This document shows positions 45,189 to 53,949 of a DNA stretch of 64,000 nt, one piece after another; position 1 is the stretch's first letter, and each line of letters begins with the position of its first letter. The position numbers were made by a program, and so were the translations under genes. This DNA comes from a virus. Under the pieces are notes generated by a model. It did no database searches and was not told where the DNA came from. It saw only the letters and a list, made by a program, of their open reading frames with translations. The DNA is taken from the IMG/VR virus record IMGVR_UViG_3300014638_000001, one strand, 5' to 3'.

Positions 45189-46466
45189 TTAGAAAGTGTA
45201 CACCCAAGCCGCGCCATTTGCGCCCGGTCCGCCGCTCCCGCCCGTGGTTGTCCCGGCGCCGCCGCCACCACCACCACCACCCGGCCAGCCGCCGGCGCCG
45301 CCATTCACCCCATTGCCACTCCCAAAAAAACCGCCGCCGCCGCCGCCAGCCCCCGCGAGTGTGCTGTTGCCGCTTGGCCCGGCGGACCCGGCTAAACCGT
45401 TGCCGCCGCCAGCTCCGCCTGTGCCGCCAGAGTAAGTCCCGGAGGCACCGCCAGCAGCCCCGGCAGCATTTGTATTTGACGTTGTGCCACCGGCCCCGCC
45501 ACCACCACCGCCGGCACCGTAGATAGCTCCACCGCCAGCTAAACCAGCGCCGCCGGCGGCCAGTGCTCCACCGCCCGCTCCGCCGCCATACTCGGCCGAC
45601 AAGCCAGATGAGCCAGCAGCACAGCCGGCACCCTTGCCAGCAAAGCCATAAGCAGCGGCAACCGTCTGCGGACTACCTCCTGTGCTGCTGGTTGTACTAC
45701 CATTGAGGCCGGCGCCGCCGGTCCCCCCACCGGCGCCTCCGCAGACATTCGCAGCGCGGCCGCCGACACCGGCGCCACCACCATAGGCTGCCAGTGTTGA
45801 ACCGAACCACGTGTTACCGCCAGCCGTGCCAGTACCACCCGCGGCGTTAACTCCAGGAGCCCCAACGAGGCCGGCCGATCCGACCGTTACTGTAATGGTC
45901 GACGCCAGGTCGGCTAAATTGTAAACGGCACTCGCATAAGTGCCACCACCACCGCCTGTTCCGCCAGCGCGGCTGCTGCCGGTGGACTGTCCAGATCCAC
46001 CACCACCGCCACCACCTGCGCCAATTAAGATGACCTTGCAAGCATTAAAGGATCCAGCGGTTGGTTTGGTCCACGTGAAAGCTCCGGCGCCCCCCGCCGA
46101 GCCGAAGACCTGCACGTCCACGTGCGGCCGCATGTCGGTGTTTAGGAACTTCGCTGTGACGCCGGCAACCATTTGATAGCTGCCACCGGCCGTGTTCTTG
46201 TTCGTAGCGACTGTATTTTCTTGCGCACGGATGACGTTGATGGTGTCCGTGGAAATGGAATTTACGCGAATAATTTCGACATTCGGATCTGTGCTCGGAT
46301 CGGAATATCCAGCCACATCCCACCAAACGGCGTTGAAGCCGCCCGTGGCGTTGATTGTCGGCAGCAGGGCACCATTGCCAGAAACAAGCTGGATGCTAGT
46401 TGCGCCGGCACTATAGCCTGTGGAAACAGTGACTCTTGAAAAGTTTTGTGTTTTGTCAATCGCCAT
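45189..46466 (-). CDS. glycine-rich tail fibre protein, paralog 1
   Basis: MAID..NF..V; FTWTKPT..CKVILIGAGGGGGGG; GGx repeats; GANGAAWVYTF. Confidence 0.8.
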   Translation of the reverse strand: MAIDKTQNFSRVTVSTGYSAGATSIQLVSGNGALLPTINATGGFNAVWWDVAGYSDPSTDPNVEIIRVNSISTDTINVIRAQENTVATNKNTAGGSYQMVAGVTAKFLNTDMRPHVDVQVFGSAGGAGAFTWTKPTAGSFNACKVILIGAGGGGGGGSGQSTGSSRAGGTGGGGGTYASAVYNLADLASTITVTVGSAGLVGAPGVNAAGGTGTAGGNTWFGSTLAAYGGGAGVGGRAANVCGGAGGGTGGAGLNGSTTSSTGGSPQTVAAAYGFAGKGAGCAAGSSGLSAEYGGGAGGGALAAGGAGLAGGGAIYGAGGGGGGAGGTTSNTNAAGAAGGASGTYSGGTGGAGGGNGLAGSAGPSGNSTLAGAGGGGGGFFGSGNGVNGGAGGWPGGGGGGGGAGTTTGGSGGPGANGAAWVYTF

Positions 46467-46469
46467 AGC

Positions 46470-47756
46470 TTAAAAGGAGTAGATCCAGGCCCCGCCATTC
46501 GCGCCAAGGCCGCCATTTCCACCGACTGTTGTTCCGGCGCCGCCGCCACCACCACCACCACCCGGCCAGCCGCCGGCGCCACCCGTCCAGGTTGCACCGC
46601 TGCCGCTGCCAAGAACGCCACTGCCGCCGCCGCCAGCCCCCGCGAGTGTGCTGTTGCCGCTTGGCCCGGCGGACCCGGCTAAGCCGTTGCCGCCGCCAGC
46701 TCCGCCTGTGCCGCCAGAGTAAACCCCGGAGGCACCACCGGCGCCTCCCGCGGCGCTGGCATTTAGCGTCGTGATCCCGGCCCCGCCGCCACCACCGCCG
46801 GCACCGTAGATAGCTCCACCGCCAGCTAAACCAGCGCCGCCGGCGGCCAGTGCTCCACCGCCGGCACCGCCGCCGTATTCAGCCGAAAACCCAGTGCTGC
46901 CGACTGAACAGCCGGCGCCTTGGCCACCCGCGGCAGCGACAGCTAGCGCAGTCTGTGGGGCACCCCCTGTTGTGGAAACAGCGCCGCCGTTACCGCCAGC
47001 CCCGCCAGTACCGCCGCCACCCCCGCCGGCGATGGCGGTCCGGATCGTTCCACCGCCGGCGCCACCACCATAGGCTGCGATTGTGGATCCGAACCACGTG
47101 TTCCCGCCCGCCGTGCCGCCCGTGCCTGTTGCGGTCGAACCTCCACTGCCATTCAACCCAGCAGAACCGACCGTGACTGTGACGGTGGAGCTGAGATCAC
47201 TGAAGTTGTAGATGACTTGTGCCAGGGCACCACCACCGCCGCCTGTTCCGCCAGCGCGGCTGCTGCCACTCGCCTGGCCCGCGCCGCCACCGCCGCCACC
47301 ACCACCGCCGACGAGTACGACTTTGCAATTCTGGAAATTCCCGGCGGTTGGCTTCGTCCACGTGAACTGTCCGGCGCCACCCGCCGAGCCGAAGACCTGC
47401 ACGTCCACGTGCGGTGCGACGTCCGTGTTTAGCCACTTAGCCGTGAGCCCAGCGATCATCAGATAGCTGCCGCCCGCGGTGTTCTTGTTGGTCGCCACCG
47501 TGCCTTCTTGTGCACGGATCACGTTGACCATGTTGCTGCCAGTGGAGATGGAATTGACACGGACGATCTCTACGTTCGGATCTGAAGTCGGATCCGCATA
47601 AGAGGCCGCATTCCACCAGACCGTGTTGAAGCCGCCCGTGGCGTTGATTGTCGGTAACGGAGTGACGCTGGCTAAGGCGATTTGCGTGGAACTGTTGGTA
47701 TAGCCCGCTGAGCCTACGATTACCTTTGCAAAATTCGCTGCTTCATCGATTGCCAT
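46470..47756 (-). CDS. glycine-rich tail fibre protein, paralog 2
   Basis: Collinear with 45189; long identical DNA stretches. Confidence 0.8.
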   Translation of the reverse strand: MAIDEAANFAKVIVGSAGYTNSSTQIALASVTPLPTINATGGFNTVWWNAASYADPTSDPNVEIVRVNSISTGSNMVNVIRAQEGTVATNKNTAGGSYLMIAGLTAKWLNTDVAPHVDVQVFGSAGGAGQFTWTKPTAGNFQNCKVVLVGGGGGGGGGAGQASGSSRAGGTGGGGGALAQVIYNFSDLSSTVTVTVGSAGLNGSGGSTATGTGGTAGGNTWFGSTIAAYGGGAGGGTIRTAIAGGGGGGTGGAGGNGGAVSTTGGAPQTALAVAAAGGQGAGCSVGSTGFSAEYGGGAGGGALAAGGAGLAGGGAIYGAGGGGGGAGITTLNASAAGGAGGASGVYSGGTGGAGGGNGLAGSAGPSGNSTLAGAGGGGSGVLGSGSGATWTGGAGGWPGGGGGGGGAGTTVGGNGGLGANGGAWIYSF

Positions 47757-47757
47757 G

Positions 47758-50265
47758 TCAGTTATAGAAAAGGTTCATGACGATGTCGCCTGAACCCACT
47801 GCAGTGGAATCGGCCGCCGGCGCGTTGACAGTGACCGCGTAACCGAGTCCGGACCCGAAAGTGATGCCGGCGTTGTACTCAGCCGCGAGCATGCCGGCGC
47901 CGTTTGCGTTGCCAGGGATAGGCAGCGTGACGATTGGTGTGTCGGTGCCAACCGAAATTGTGGTGCCCTTGCTGTAGAGCTTCACGTACCGAATCGAGGC
48001 ATTGGTGTTGACAATAGCCCAGCCGTATAGCGAGCTCGGGCTGCTTTTGACACATGAACCGTTGGTCGTGTTCAGCGAGATCAAGCTATTGCAGAAATGG
48101 CCAGAGCCGGAGACGATGGGGACCTGGGTGACATTGATTAAACCGCCACTGCCGATAACTGAGAGGGCTCCACTCGCGGTGCTGCCGATGATGCCGATGG
48201 CACCCCCACTGCCGGTGATCGGGAACGTCCCCCCACTACCAACGACCGAAAGCGCTCCGCTCGAGGTGCTGCCAAGGATTCCAAAAACCCCTCCACTCCC
48301 AGCAACCGCCCAAGGTGAGGTGCCTTGTGTCACTGCAATAGTGCCACCGCTGCCCACCACCGAAAGCGCTCCGCTCGAGGTGCTGCCGACGATCCCGAAC
48401 ACGCCACCGCTGCCCGTCACGGCCCATGGCGTCGTACCTTGTGTCGCGGCGATGGTGCCACCGCTGCCCACCACCGAAAGCGCTCCGCTGGCCGTGCTGC
48501 CAATGATCCCGATGATTCCACCAGATCCGGTGATAGGGAAAACTCCGCCACTGCCAACAACCGAGAGTGCGCCACTCGATGTGCTGCCGACAATTCCGAC
48601 AACACCGCCGCTGCCAGTCACCGGGAACAGACCGCCGCTGCCCGTGACAACCCACTGCGAACTGCCCTGGTAAACGGTTGCACTTCCACTGATCGGGAAG
48701 AGCCCACCGCTGCCGACAACCGACCAGGGCGCGCTGCCTTGGTAGGCGGTCGTCGAGCCGCTCGATGCTCCACCGCCAACCTGGACATTCACGAGAAGAT
48801 TACCGCTACCGTCGACATTGAGCGCCGCCATCTTGCCAGTTGGATTCTGTGCGCCAACGGCCGTGCCCGCCGATGGGAACGAAGAACCGAAGTTCGACGA
48901 AGTGCCGCCGGAGCCGCCACCGGCGACGATGTTCACGCGCAGCGCGGTATTTACTGTGTCGACAACGTTGGCGCCGCTCAGCGCCGTACCGCCTAATTGG
49001 CTGACGTTCGCCCCAATCAATCCACCGCTGCCTGTCACTGGGAATAAGCCAGCACTGCCGGTCACGGAAACCGGCGAACTGCCCTGCAGAACTGTCACGG
49101 TACCGGCCACGGCAACTGGGGAACTGCCTTGCAGAACAGTGATTTGACCGCCTGAGCCGACCACGGCAACTTGCCCACCTGAACCAACAACCGCCCACGG
49201 CGGAGTGCCCTGGTAAACGGTCGCTGAGCCATTGATCGCAACCTGGACAGCATTTTGAGAAGCGTTTAAAGCGACCGCGTTTAGAGCAACAATCGTCGAG
49301 CCTTGCCACGCAGTCAATAAGGACTTCGTAAGTTGTACGTGTGCGCCGGTAGCGAACGGGTCAACGACTTCCGTGATGTTGCCAAACGCCGGTGAGAATT
49401 TGTGGATAGTTTGTAACTGGAATACAGTCTGGGCTACCGCGCCGTTCGTGTAAACAATACGGAAATACTCAGCTCGAGTTGGTGTTGTAATGATGAGTGC
49501 GTTCCCGCCAAGCGTGTACGTGTAGGCATCGGTTTCGTGCCAATTAACCCCGTCAGACGAAAATTGAAGAGATACTCCATTCGTGGCGGAACTCTGGTCA
49601 GAGTAGATATAGACGTTCGTCGCCGTTTGGTTAAAGACGTTGAGCGCGACTCCGGTGAAAACGCCACCGGCGCTGCCAAGGATCGCGGTTGAACTATTTC
49701 CGGAATCAAGCGTCCCGTTGAAAACGGTGATTGCGCCCTGGTCCGACGCAACGGCAACAGGAATCGACTTTGCCATTGTCGTTTGGCCCAGCGAAATAGA
49801 ACTACCTCCTACAGCGATCAAGTTGTCGTTGACCGTGGTGCCCTGATAAACGGTCGCCGATCCGTTGATTTGGACGCTGCCCGTTACCGGGAAAAGCCCG
49901 CCACTGCCGACAATGGACCATGGCGGATTGCCCTGATAGGCCGTCGTTGACCCTGTGGAGCTACCGCCGCCGCCACCGCCGACGGCTACATTGACCAGCA
50001 AGTTGCCGCTGCCATCGACGTTCATGGCGGCCATTTTGCCGCTAGGGTTCTGAACGCCCGCCGCGGTACCGGCCGATGGGAAGGACGACCCAAAGTTCGA
50101 GGATGTGCCACCCGCGCCGCCGCCAGCAACGATGTTTACGCGAAGAGCCTGATTGCCCTGGTCGACAACGTCAGCGCTGCCAAGAGTCGCCCCGCCAACC
50201 TCAACCAGATTGACATTGCCCCCCGAACCGCCACCCGATGCGTCGCCGCCGCCTTTGAAAATCAT
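47758..50265 (-). CDS. repeat-rich fibre protein with VxGSGG repeats and internal duplication, 835 aa
   Basis: ALRVNIVAGGG.GGTSSNFGSSFPSAGTA..QNP.GKMAA.NVDGSGNLLVNV.VGGG occurs twice; many GALSVVGSGG units. Confidence 0.78.
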   Translation of the reverse strand: MIFKGGGDASGGGSGGNVNLVEVGGATLGSADVVDQGNQALRVNIVAGGGAGGTSSNFGSSFPSAGTAAGVQNPSGKMAAMNVDGSGNLLVNVAVGGGGGGSSTGSTTAYQGNPPWSIVGSGGLFPVTGSVQINGSATVYQGTTVNDNLIAVGGSSISLGQTTMAKSIPVAVASDQGAITVFNGTLDSGNSSTAILGSAGGVFTGVALNVFNQTATNVYIYSDQSSATNGVSLQFSSDGVNWHETDAYTYTLGGNALIITTPTRAEYFRIVYTNGAVAQTVFQLQTIHKFSPAFGNITEVVDPFATGAHVQLTKSLLTAWQGSTIVALNAVALNASQNAVQVAINGSATVYQGTPPWAVVGSGGQVAVVGSGGQITVLQGSSPVAVAGTVTVLQGSSPVSVTGSAGLFPVTGSGGLIGANVSQLGGTALSGANVVDTVNTALRVNIVAGGGSGGTSSNFGSSFPSAGTAVGAQNPTGKMAALNVDGSGNLLVNVQVGGGASSGSTTAYQGSAPWSVVGSGGLFPISGSATVYQGSSQWVVTGSGGLFPVTGSGGVVGIVGSTSSGALSVVGSGGVFPITGSGGIIGIIGSTASGALSVVGSGGTIAATQGTTPWAVTGSGGVFGIVGSTSSGALSVVGSGGTIAVTQGTSPWAVAGSGGVFGILGSTSSGALSVVGSGGTFPITGSGGAIGIIGSTASGALSVIGSGGLINVTQVPIVSGSGHFCNSLISLNTTNGSCVKSSPSSLYGWAIVNTNASIRYVKLYSKGTTISVGTDTPIVTLPIPGNANGAGMLAAEYNAGITFGSGLGYAVTVNAPAADSTAVGSGDIVMNLFYN

Positions 50266-50513
50266 GCAAACCTCGCCTTAATCCAAGCCCACAGCCCGGC
50301 TGTGTCTACCCACCGCATACCGTCCCAGCGCGGCCGTTTGAGATGCGGCGGCAAGTAAGCCGTGATGATGCCGGCATGGTAGCCGGGCGCATCCCGCGGT
50401 ACGGAGACTTCGGAGGTGATGAAGCCTTTCTCGTCGATCACGTAGCCGCGCACCTGTGTGAAGCCTCTTGGGTAACTCACGGTGATCGAATTGGGGTATT
50501 GGACAGTGAGCAT
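50262..50513 (-). CDS. small tail fibre assembly-like protein, 83 aa
   Basis: YVIDEKGF..RPRWDGMRWV; coupled. Confidence 0.6.
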   Translation of the reverse strand: MLTVQYPNSITVSYPRGFTQVRGYVIDEKGFITSEVSVPRDAPGYHAGIITAYLPPHLKRPRWDGMRWVDTAGLWAWIKARFA

Positions 50514-50869
50514 CAGTAGATCTCGTAGGTGATCATCACGCCGTCGCCTGGGTTGTCGGCATCGATGTAGAACTGGTTGAGCTCATACACATTCGTGCCT
50601 GGCCCGGAAGTGAAAGAGATGGCTTCGTTGGCTGTCTCGAAATACCACAACACATTGGTGTAATTGGTCTTATCCGCCGGGCTGCTGTTGCTCAACAGAT
50701 AAACTTTATTGCCGATGCTATTACTGGAAAGCGATCGGACAACGAAGGCGGAGACCGGCTGTTGATAGCCGTAGTCGCTTTGCAGGGTCGATTGCGATGC
50801 CAGCGGCATCGCCGGCAGCGGCACGCCAGGGGTCGGCTTGATGGCGCCGGTGGAGGCAATGAGAGCCAT
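50513..50869 (-). CDS. putative virion protein (ATG 50869 preferred to TTG 50914)
   Basis: MALIASTGAIKPTPGVPLP..NELNQFYIDADNPGDGVMITYEIY. Confidence 0.65.
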   Translation of the reverse strand: MALIASTGAIKPTPGVPLPAMPLASQSTLQSDYGYQQPVSAFVVRSLSSNSIGNKVYLLSNSSPADKTNYTNVLWYFETANEAISFTSGPGTNVYELNQFYIDADNPGDGVMITYEIY

Positions 50870-50963
50870 ACTCAACCGGATTATAAGGCATGGAGTATCA
50901 GGTATTTCCGTCAACCTTTTTCATCCATCAGATAAGCTTTGTTTTGCCAACTTTCTGATTCTG

Positions 50964-50987
50964 TTGACCGAAATTATGGTTTACCAT
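50964..50987 (+). promoter_or_regulatory. TTGACC-GAAATTATGGTT(12)-TACCAT promoter; ATG 6 nt downstream (leaderless)
   Basis: Same geometry as 21186, including the GC(G/A)GCC 6-mer before ATG. Confidence 0.6.
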
Positions 50988-50993
50988 GCAGCC

Positions 50994-51614
50994 ATGAGCG
51001 CTGTCGCTGAACCGATTCACTCCTATATAGGAGTGAATCTGCCGGTTGTCCGTGAAGACAAGAACCAGGTTTACTTTCTTGACAGGCTGATCGTGGCGCC
51101 GAATCCAAGCGAGCAAATGCTGGCCTACGCTTATCTGGAATTCGAGCGGCAGGGCTTGAACAAGTACATCTGGTACGAAGGGGTTCCGTCGCTTTCCTGG
51201 TATCTTGCCGAGTTCAAAAAGATGGTGGTGCTCGGCTGCTATGAGGATGTCGACGGCATCGCGCAGATCCGCGGGCTCGGCTGGGTGAACACTCTGACGC
51301 TCATGGGCGGCAAATTCAAGAAGGCTGAAGTTGGGATGGCCTTTTTCAAGGAGGTCCCACACGGCCACACGCATTCGTTTGGTTTGATGATGGTCGACCA
51401 CGCGATCACGCACGTGGGGCTCGATGCGATGTTCGGCGCAACCCCGGTGAAGAATCCGGCCGCGATCCGCTACATGCAGAAGCTCGGCTTTAGCCACTGC
51501 GGCCCGGTGGAGAACTACTGTTCCTTCAATGGCGAGTTGTGCGCGTGTGAAATCAGTTGGATGACCCGTGAAAAATGGGAGCAGATCCGCCCGTTCCGGG
51601 TCGAGAAGGAGTAA
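50994..51614 (+). CDS. GNAT-family acetyltransferase-like virion morphogenesis protein
   Basis: KAEVGMAFF..MFGATPVKNPAAIRYMQKLGF; typical position before ejection genes in podophages. Confidence 0.78.
   Translation: MSAVAEPIHSYIGVNLPVVREDKNQVYFLDRLIVAPNPSEQMLAYAYLEFERQGLNKYIWYEGVPSLSWYLAEFKKMVVLGCYEDVDGIAQIRGLGWVNTLTLMGGKFKKAEVGMAFFKEVPHGHTHSFGLMMVDHAITHVGLDAMFGATPVKNPAAIRYMQKLGFSHCGPVENYCSFNGELCACEISWMTREKWEQIRPFRVEKE
51014..51039. repeat. 18-bp palindrome, copy 8 (perfect at 51018-51035, extended to a 26-bp palindrome), intragenic (HSYIGV)
   Basis: GATTCACTCCTATATAGGAGTGAATC. Confidence 0.95.
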
Positions 51615-51617
51615 GCC

Positions 51618-52247
51618 GTGGGTGGCCCAAATCTATCCGCGCAACAAAGTCTAGGGGCTGAACAGCAAGCCTTGCTCGGCCAGGAAGTCGGTGCCTCACA
51701 AGGCACGCTTGGCCAGATGCAATCGATCCTTGGGCCGCTGGTGCAAACCTACGAGCAGCAGCAGCAGCTTCAGCAGCCGGCCATCCAGTTCGCGCAGGGG
51801 CTGGCCTCCGGCAACCCAGCAGACGTTACCAAGGCGGCCGCCCCACAGCTCTCTCAGATCGCGCAACAATACGCTGGGGCGAAGCAGAACATCCTGGACA
51901 CCACGCCGAAGGGTGCCGCGCAGGACTTCGCGCTGATGCAATTACCGCAACAGCAAGCGAACACAACTGCGGGATTGCTTGGCGGCGAAGTCAATGCCGG
52001 CATGAATACTCTGCTCGGGCTGGGGCAGGGGGCGCAAGGTGCGCTAGGAAACATCGCCAGCGGGCTAGGTGGTCTGAGTATGCAGCAACTCGGTGCTGGA
52101 TTGACGTCCGGGCAAGGCGCGAGCCAGACGAATCAATCGGTAATGAATGCGCAGGCACAGCAGAAGGCGAATACGATGAATTTTCTGGGCAGTCTGTCGG
52201 GCGCCGCGGGTACCGCTGCAAGTGGCGGTGTCTTCGGCAGTCTTTAG
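51618..52247 (+). CDS. DNA ejection/pilot protein (Q/G/A-rich), possibly extended by +1 frameshift to 52395
   Basis: Composition and position after GNAT; ends CTT TAG. Confidence 0.72.
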   Translation: MGGPNLSAQQSLGAEQQALLGQEVGASQGTLGQMQSILGPLVQTYEQQQQLQQPAIQFAQGLASGNPADVTKAAAPQLSQIAQQYAGAKQNILDTTPKGAAQDFALMQLPQQQANTTAGLLGGEVNAGMNTLLGLGQGAQGALGNIASGLGGLSMQQLGAGLTSGQGASQTNQSVMNAQAQQKANTMNFLGSLSGAAGTAASGGVFGSL

Positions 52248-52396
52248 CAATGTTTTTGGTGGGGGTGGGAGCACTGCGTCTCCTATGGGCATCGTGACGA
52301 ACCCGTACGGCGAGGCGGGCTCTTTGACTCCTTCGAACGTGAACACGAGTTTGCCAAGCTGGTTACAGCCAAGCATGCCGTCGTACGGCGGGTAAA

Positions 52397-53944
52397 ATGC
52401 CACAACAACAGCCTCCACAATTCGACTTCAATCCGGGAGCGGTGCAAGGTCCCTTTAGTGGTATGCTCACGGGCCAAGCGCCGACGTACCAGACCGCGCC
52501 GAACACTGGCTGGAGCACAAAGACCGGTTCAGTACTCAATGTGGTGACGAGCTTCCTGGGCGGCATCGAACGAGGTCGGGTCAAGAGCTATGAGCGCGAG
52601 CAGCAACAGGAAGCCAAGCAGCGCGGCGTGGTGATGGACTACATCAACATGAAGCTGCGCGATCCGAACCTCACCGATGAAGGCCGCGCCGCGCTCGAGA
52701 AGCAAGGCATGCAGTACATGGCGCGGACTGTCCTCAGCGAAACCGATGGCAAGGGGAAGAAGAAGGGTGGGGATGAGCAACAAGGGATCATGGGACACAT
52801 CGCTGGCGCGTTCCACGATATCGCCCTGGGCATGGTTGGCGGACAGTTGCCTAAAAAAGGCAAAGGCGAAGACATCGACCCAGCGCAGTTCATGGCGAAT
52901 GTTGACGCTTTGTCGCAAAACCCGAAATTCTCGAAGGCGGCGGCCGTACAGATGGCACAACAGCAAGTCCAGAATATCCTCAAACAAGTGCCTACCGGTG
53001 CCGACCAACAGGTGATCCTACGTGCATTGCAAGGTAGCCCAGACCAACCGGGACCGTTGGTCGTGATGCAGAAGAATATGGATCCGCAGGCGTTCAGGGA
53101 TTATGTCGGAAATCTCATTGGCGGTTATGCGGAGCCATTACGCACAGCCGGAACGTTCCAATCCAAGCTCGCTGAACTTGAGAAGGCCGGCGTCCACCTA
53201 ACTGAAGCCCAAAAACAACAAGCCGGCGAAGCTTACATGGGCGTGAAACAGCAGGCGGAACGTTTTATGCCGTTCTTCCTGGATGGCCGCCAAGCGCCGG
53301 ACAGTGTAACCCAGGATGCCATGGGTAATCCGATTGATCGTACCGGAAACACCCAATACAAGATCGAAGAGGGAACTAACCGATGGTTCCCGGCGACCGC
53401 TGGCCCTGTTGGTGGTACCAGGGCGATCACGGGACCAGACGGGAAACCGGTGATTGTCCGTGGTGCTGAGGCAATCGGCAAAACACCAGCACCGCCACAA
53501 CTAAGGCCCGAAGAGATCAAGAAAGCGGCCGCTGCCCGTTTCCAGAAGATCCAGGATACCGAGCAGGCTGAATACGAAAAAGCCGACAAGCAATGGGCCG
53601 AGATCAAAGCTATCACAGATAATCGAAACGCGGATGCTCTTAAAAAGAAGCTTGGTGTCGACGCTACCGGCTTCACTTCGGATCAGTGGAAAGCGGTGCG
53701 TGTGATGGCCGACAACGAGCGGGCACGCGCGCGCAACGAAGCTTTACAGCGCAAGCAATTGGCGGTCGACCAAGCGAACCGGGAATTTTACGGTATGGAT
53801 ACGAACTATGCGAAAGAAGCTGAGGGCGGTGGCGGTGAAGCGCCGCCAGAAACACGCGCCGGTGGTGGAGAAACCCCAGGCGCAAGGCCGGGTGGATGGA
53901 CAAACGATCATGTGAATAAGTTTCAATCGCTTATTCATCAATAA
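52397..53944 (+). CDS. internal virion/ejection protein, 515 aa
   Basis: Position and composition. Confidence 0.7.
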   Translation: MPQQQPPQFDFNPGAVQGPFSGMLTGQAPTYQTAPNTGWSTKTGSVLNVVTSFLGGIERGRVKSYEREQQQEAKQRGVVMDYINMKLRDPNLTDEGRAALEKQGMQYMARTVLSETDGKGKKKGGDEQQGIMGHIAGAFHDIALGMVGGQLPKKGKGEDIDPAQFMANVDALSQNPKFSKAAAVQMAQQQVQNILKQVPTGADQQVILRALQGSPDQPGPLVVMQKNMDPQAFRDYVGNLIGGYAEPLRTAGTFQSKLAELEKAGVHLTEAQKQQAGEAYMGVKQQAERFMPFFLDGRQAPDSVTQDAMGNPIDRTGNTQYKIEEGTNRWFPATAGPVGGTRAITGPDGKPVIVRGAEAIGKTPAPPQLRPEEIKKAAAARFQKIQDTEQAEYEKADKQWAEIKAITDNRNADALKKKLGVDATGFTSDQWKAVRVMADNERARARNEALQRKQLAVDQANREFYGMDTNYAKEAEGGGGEAPPETRAGGGETPGARPGGWTNDHVNKFQSLIHQ

Positions 53945-53949
53945 AATGA

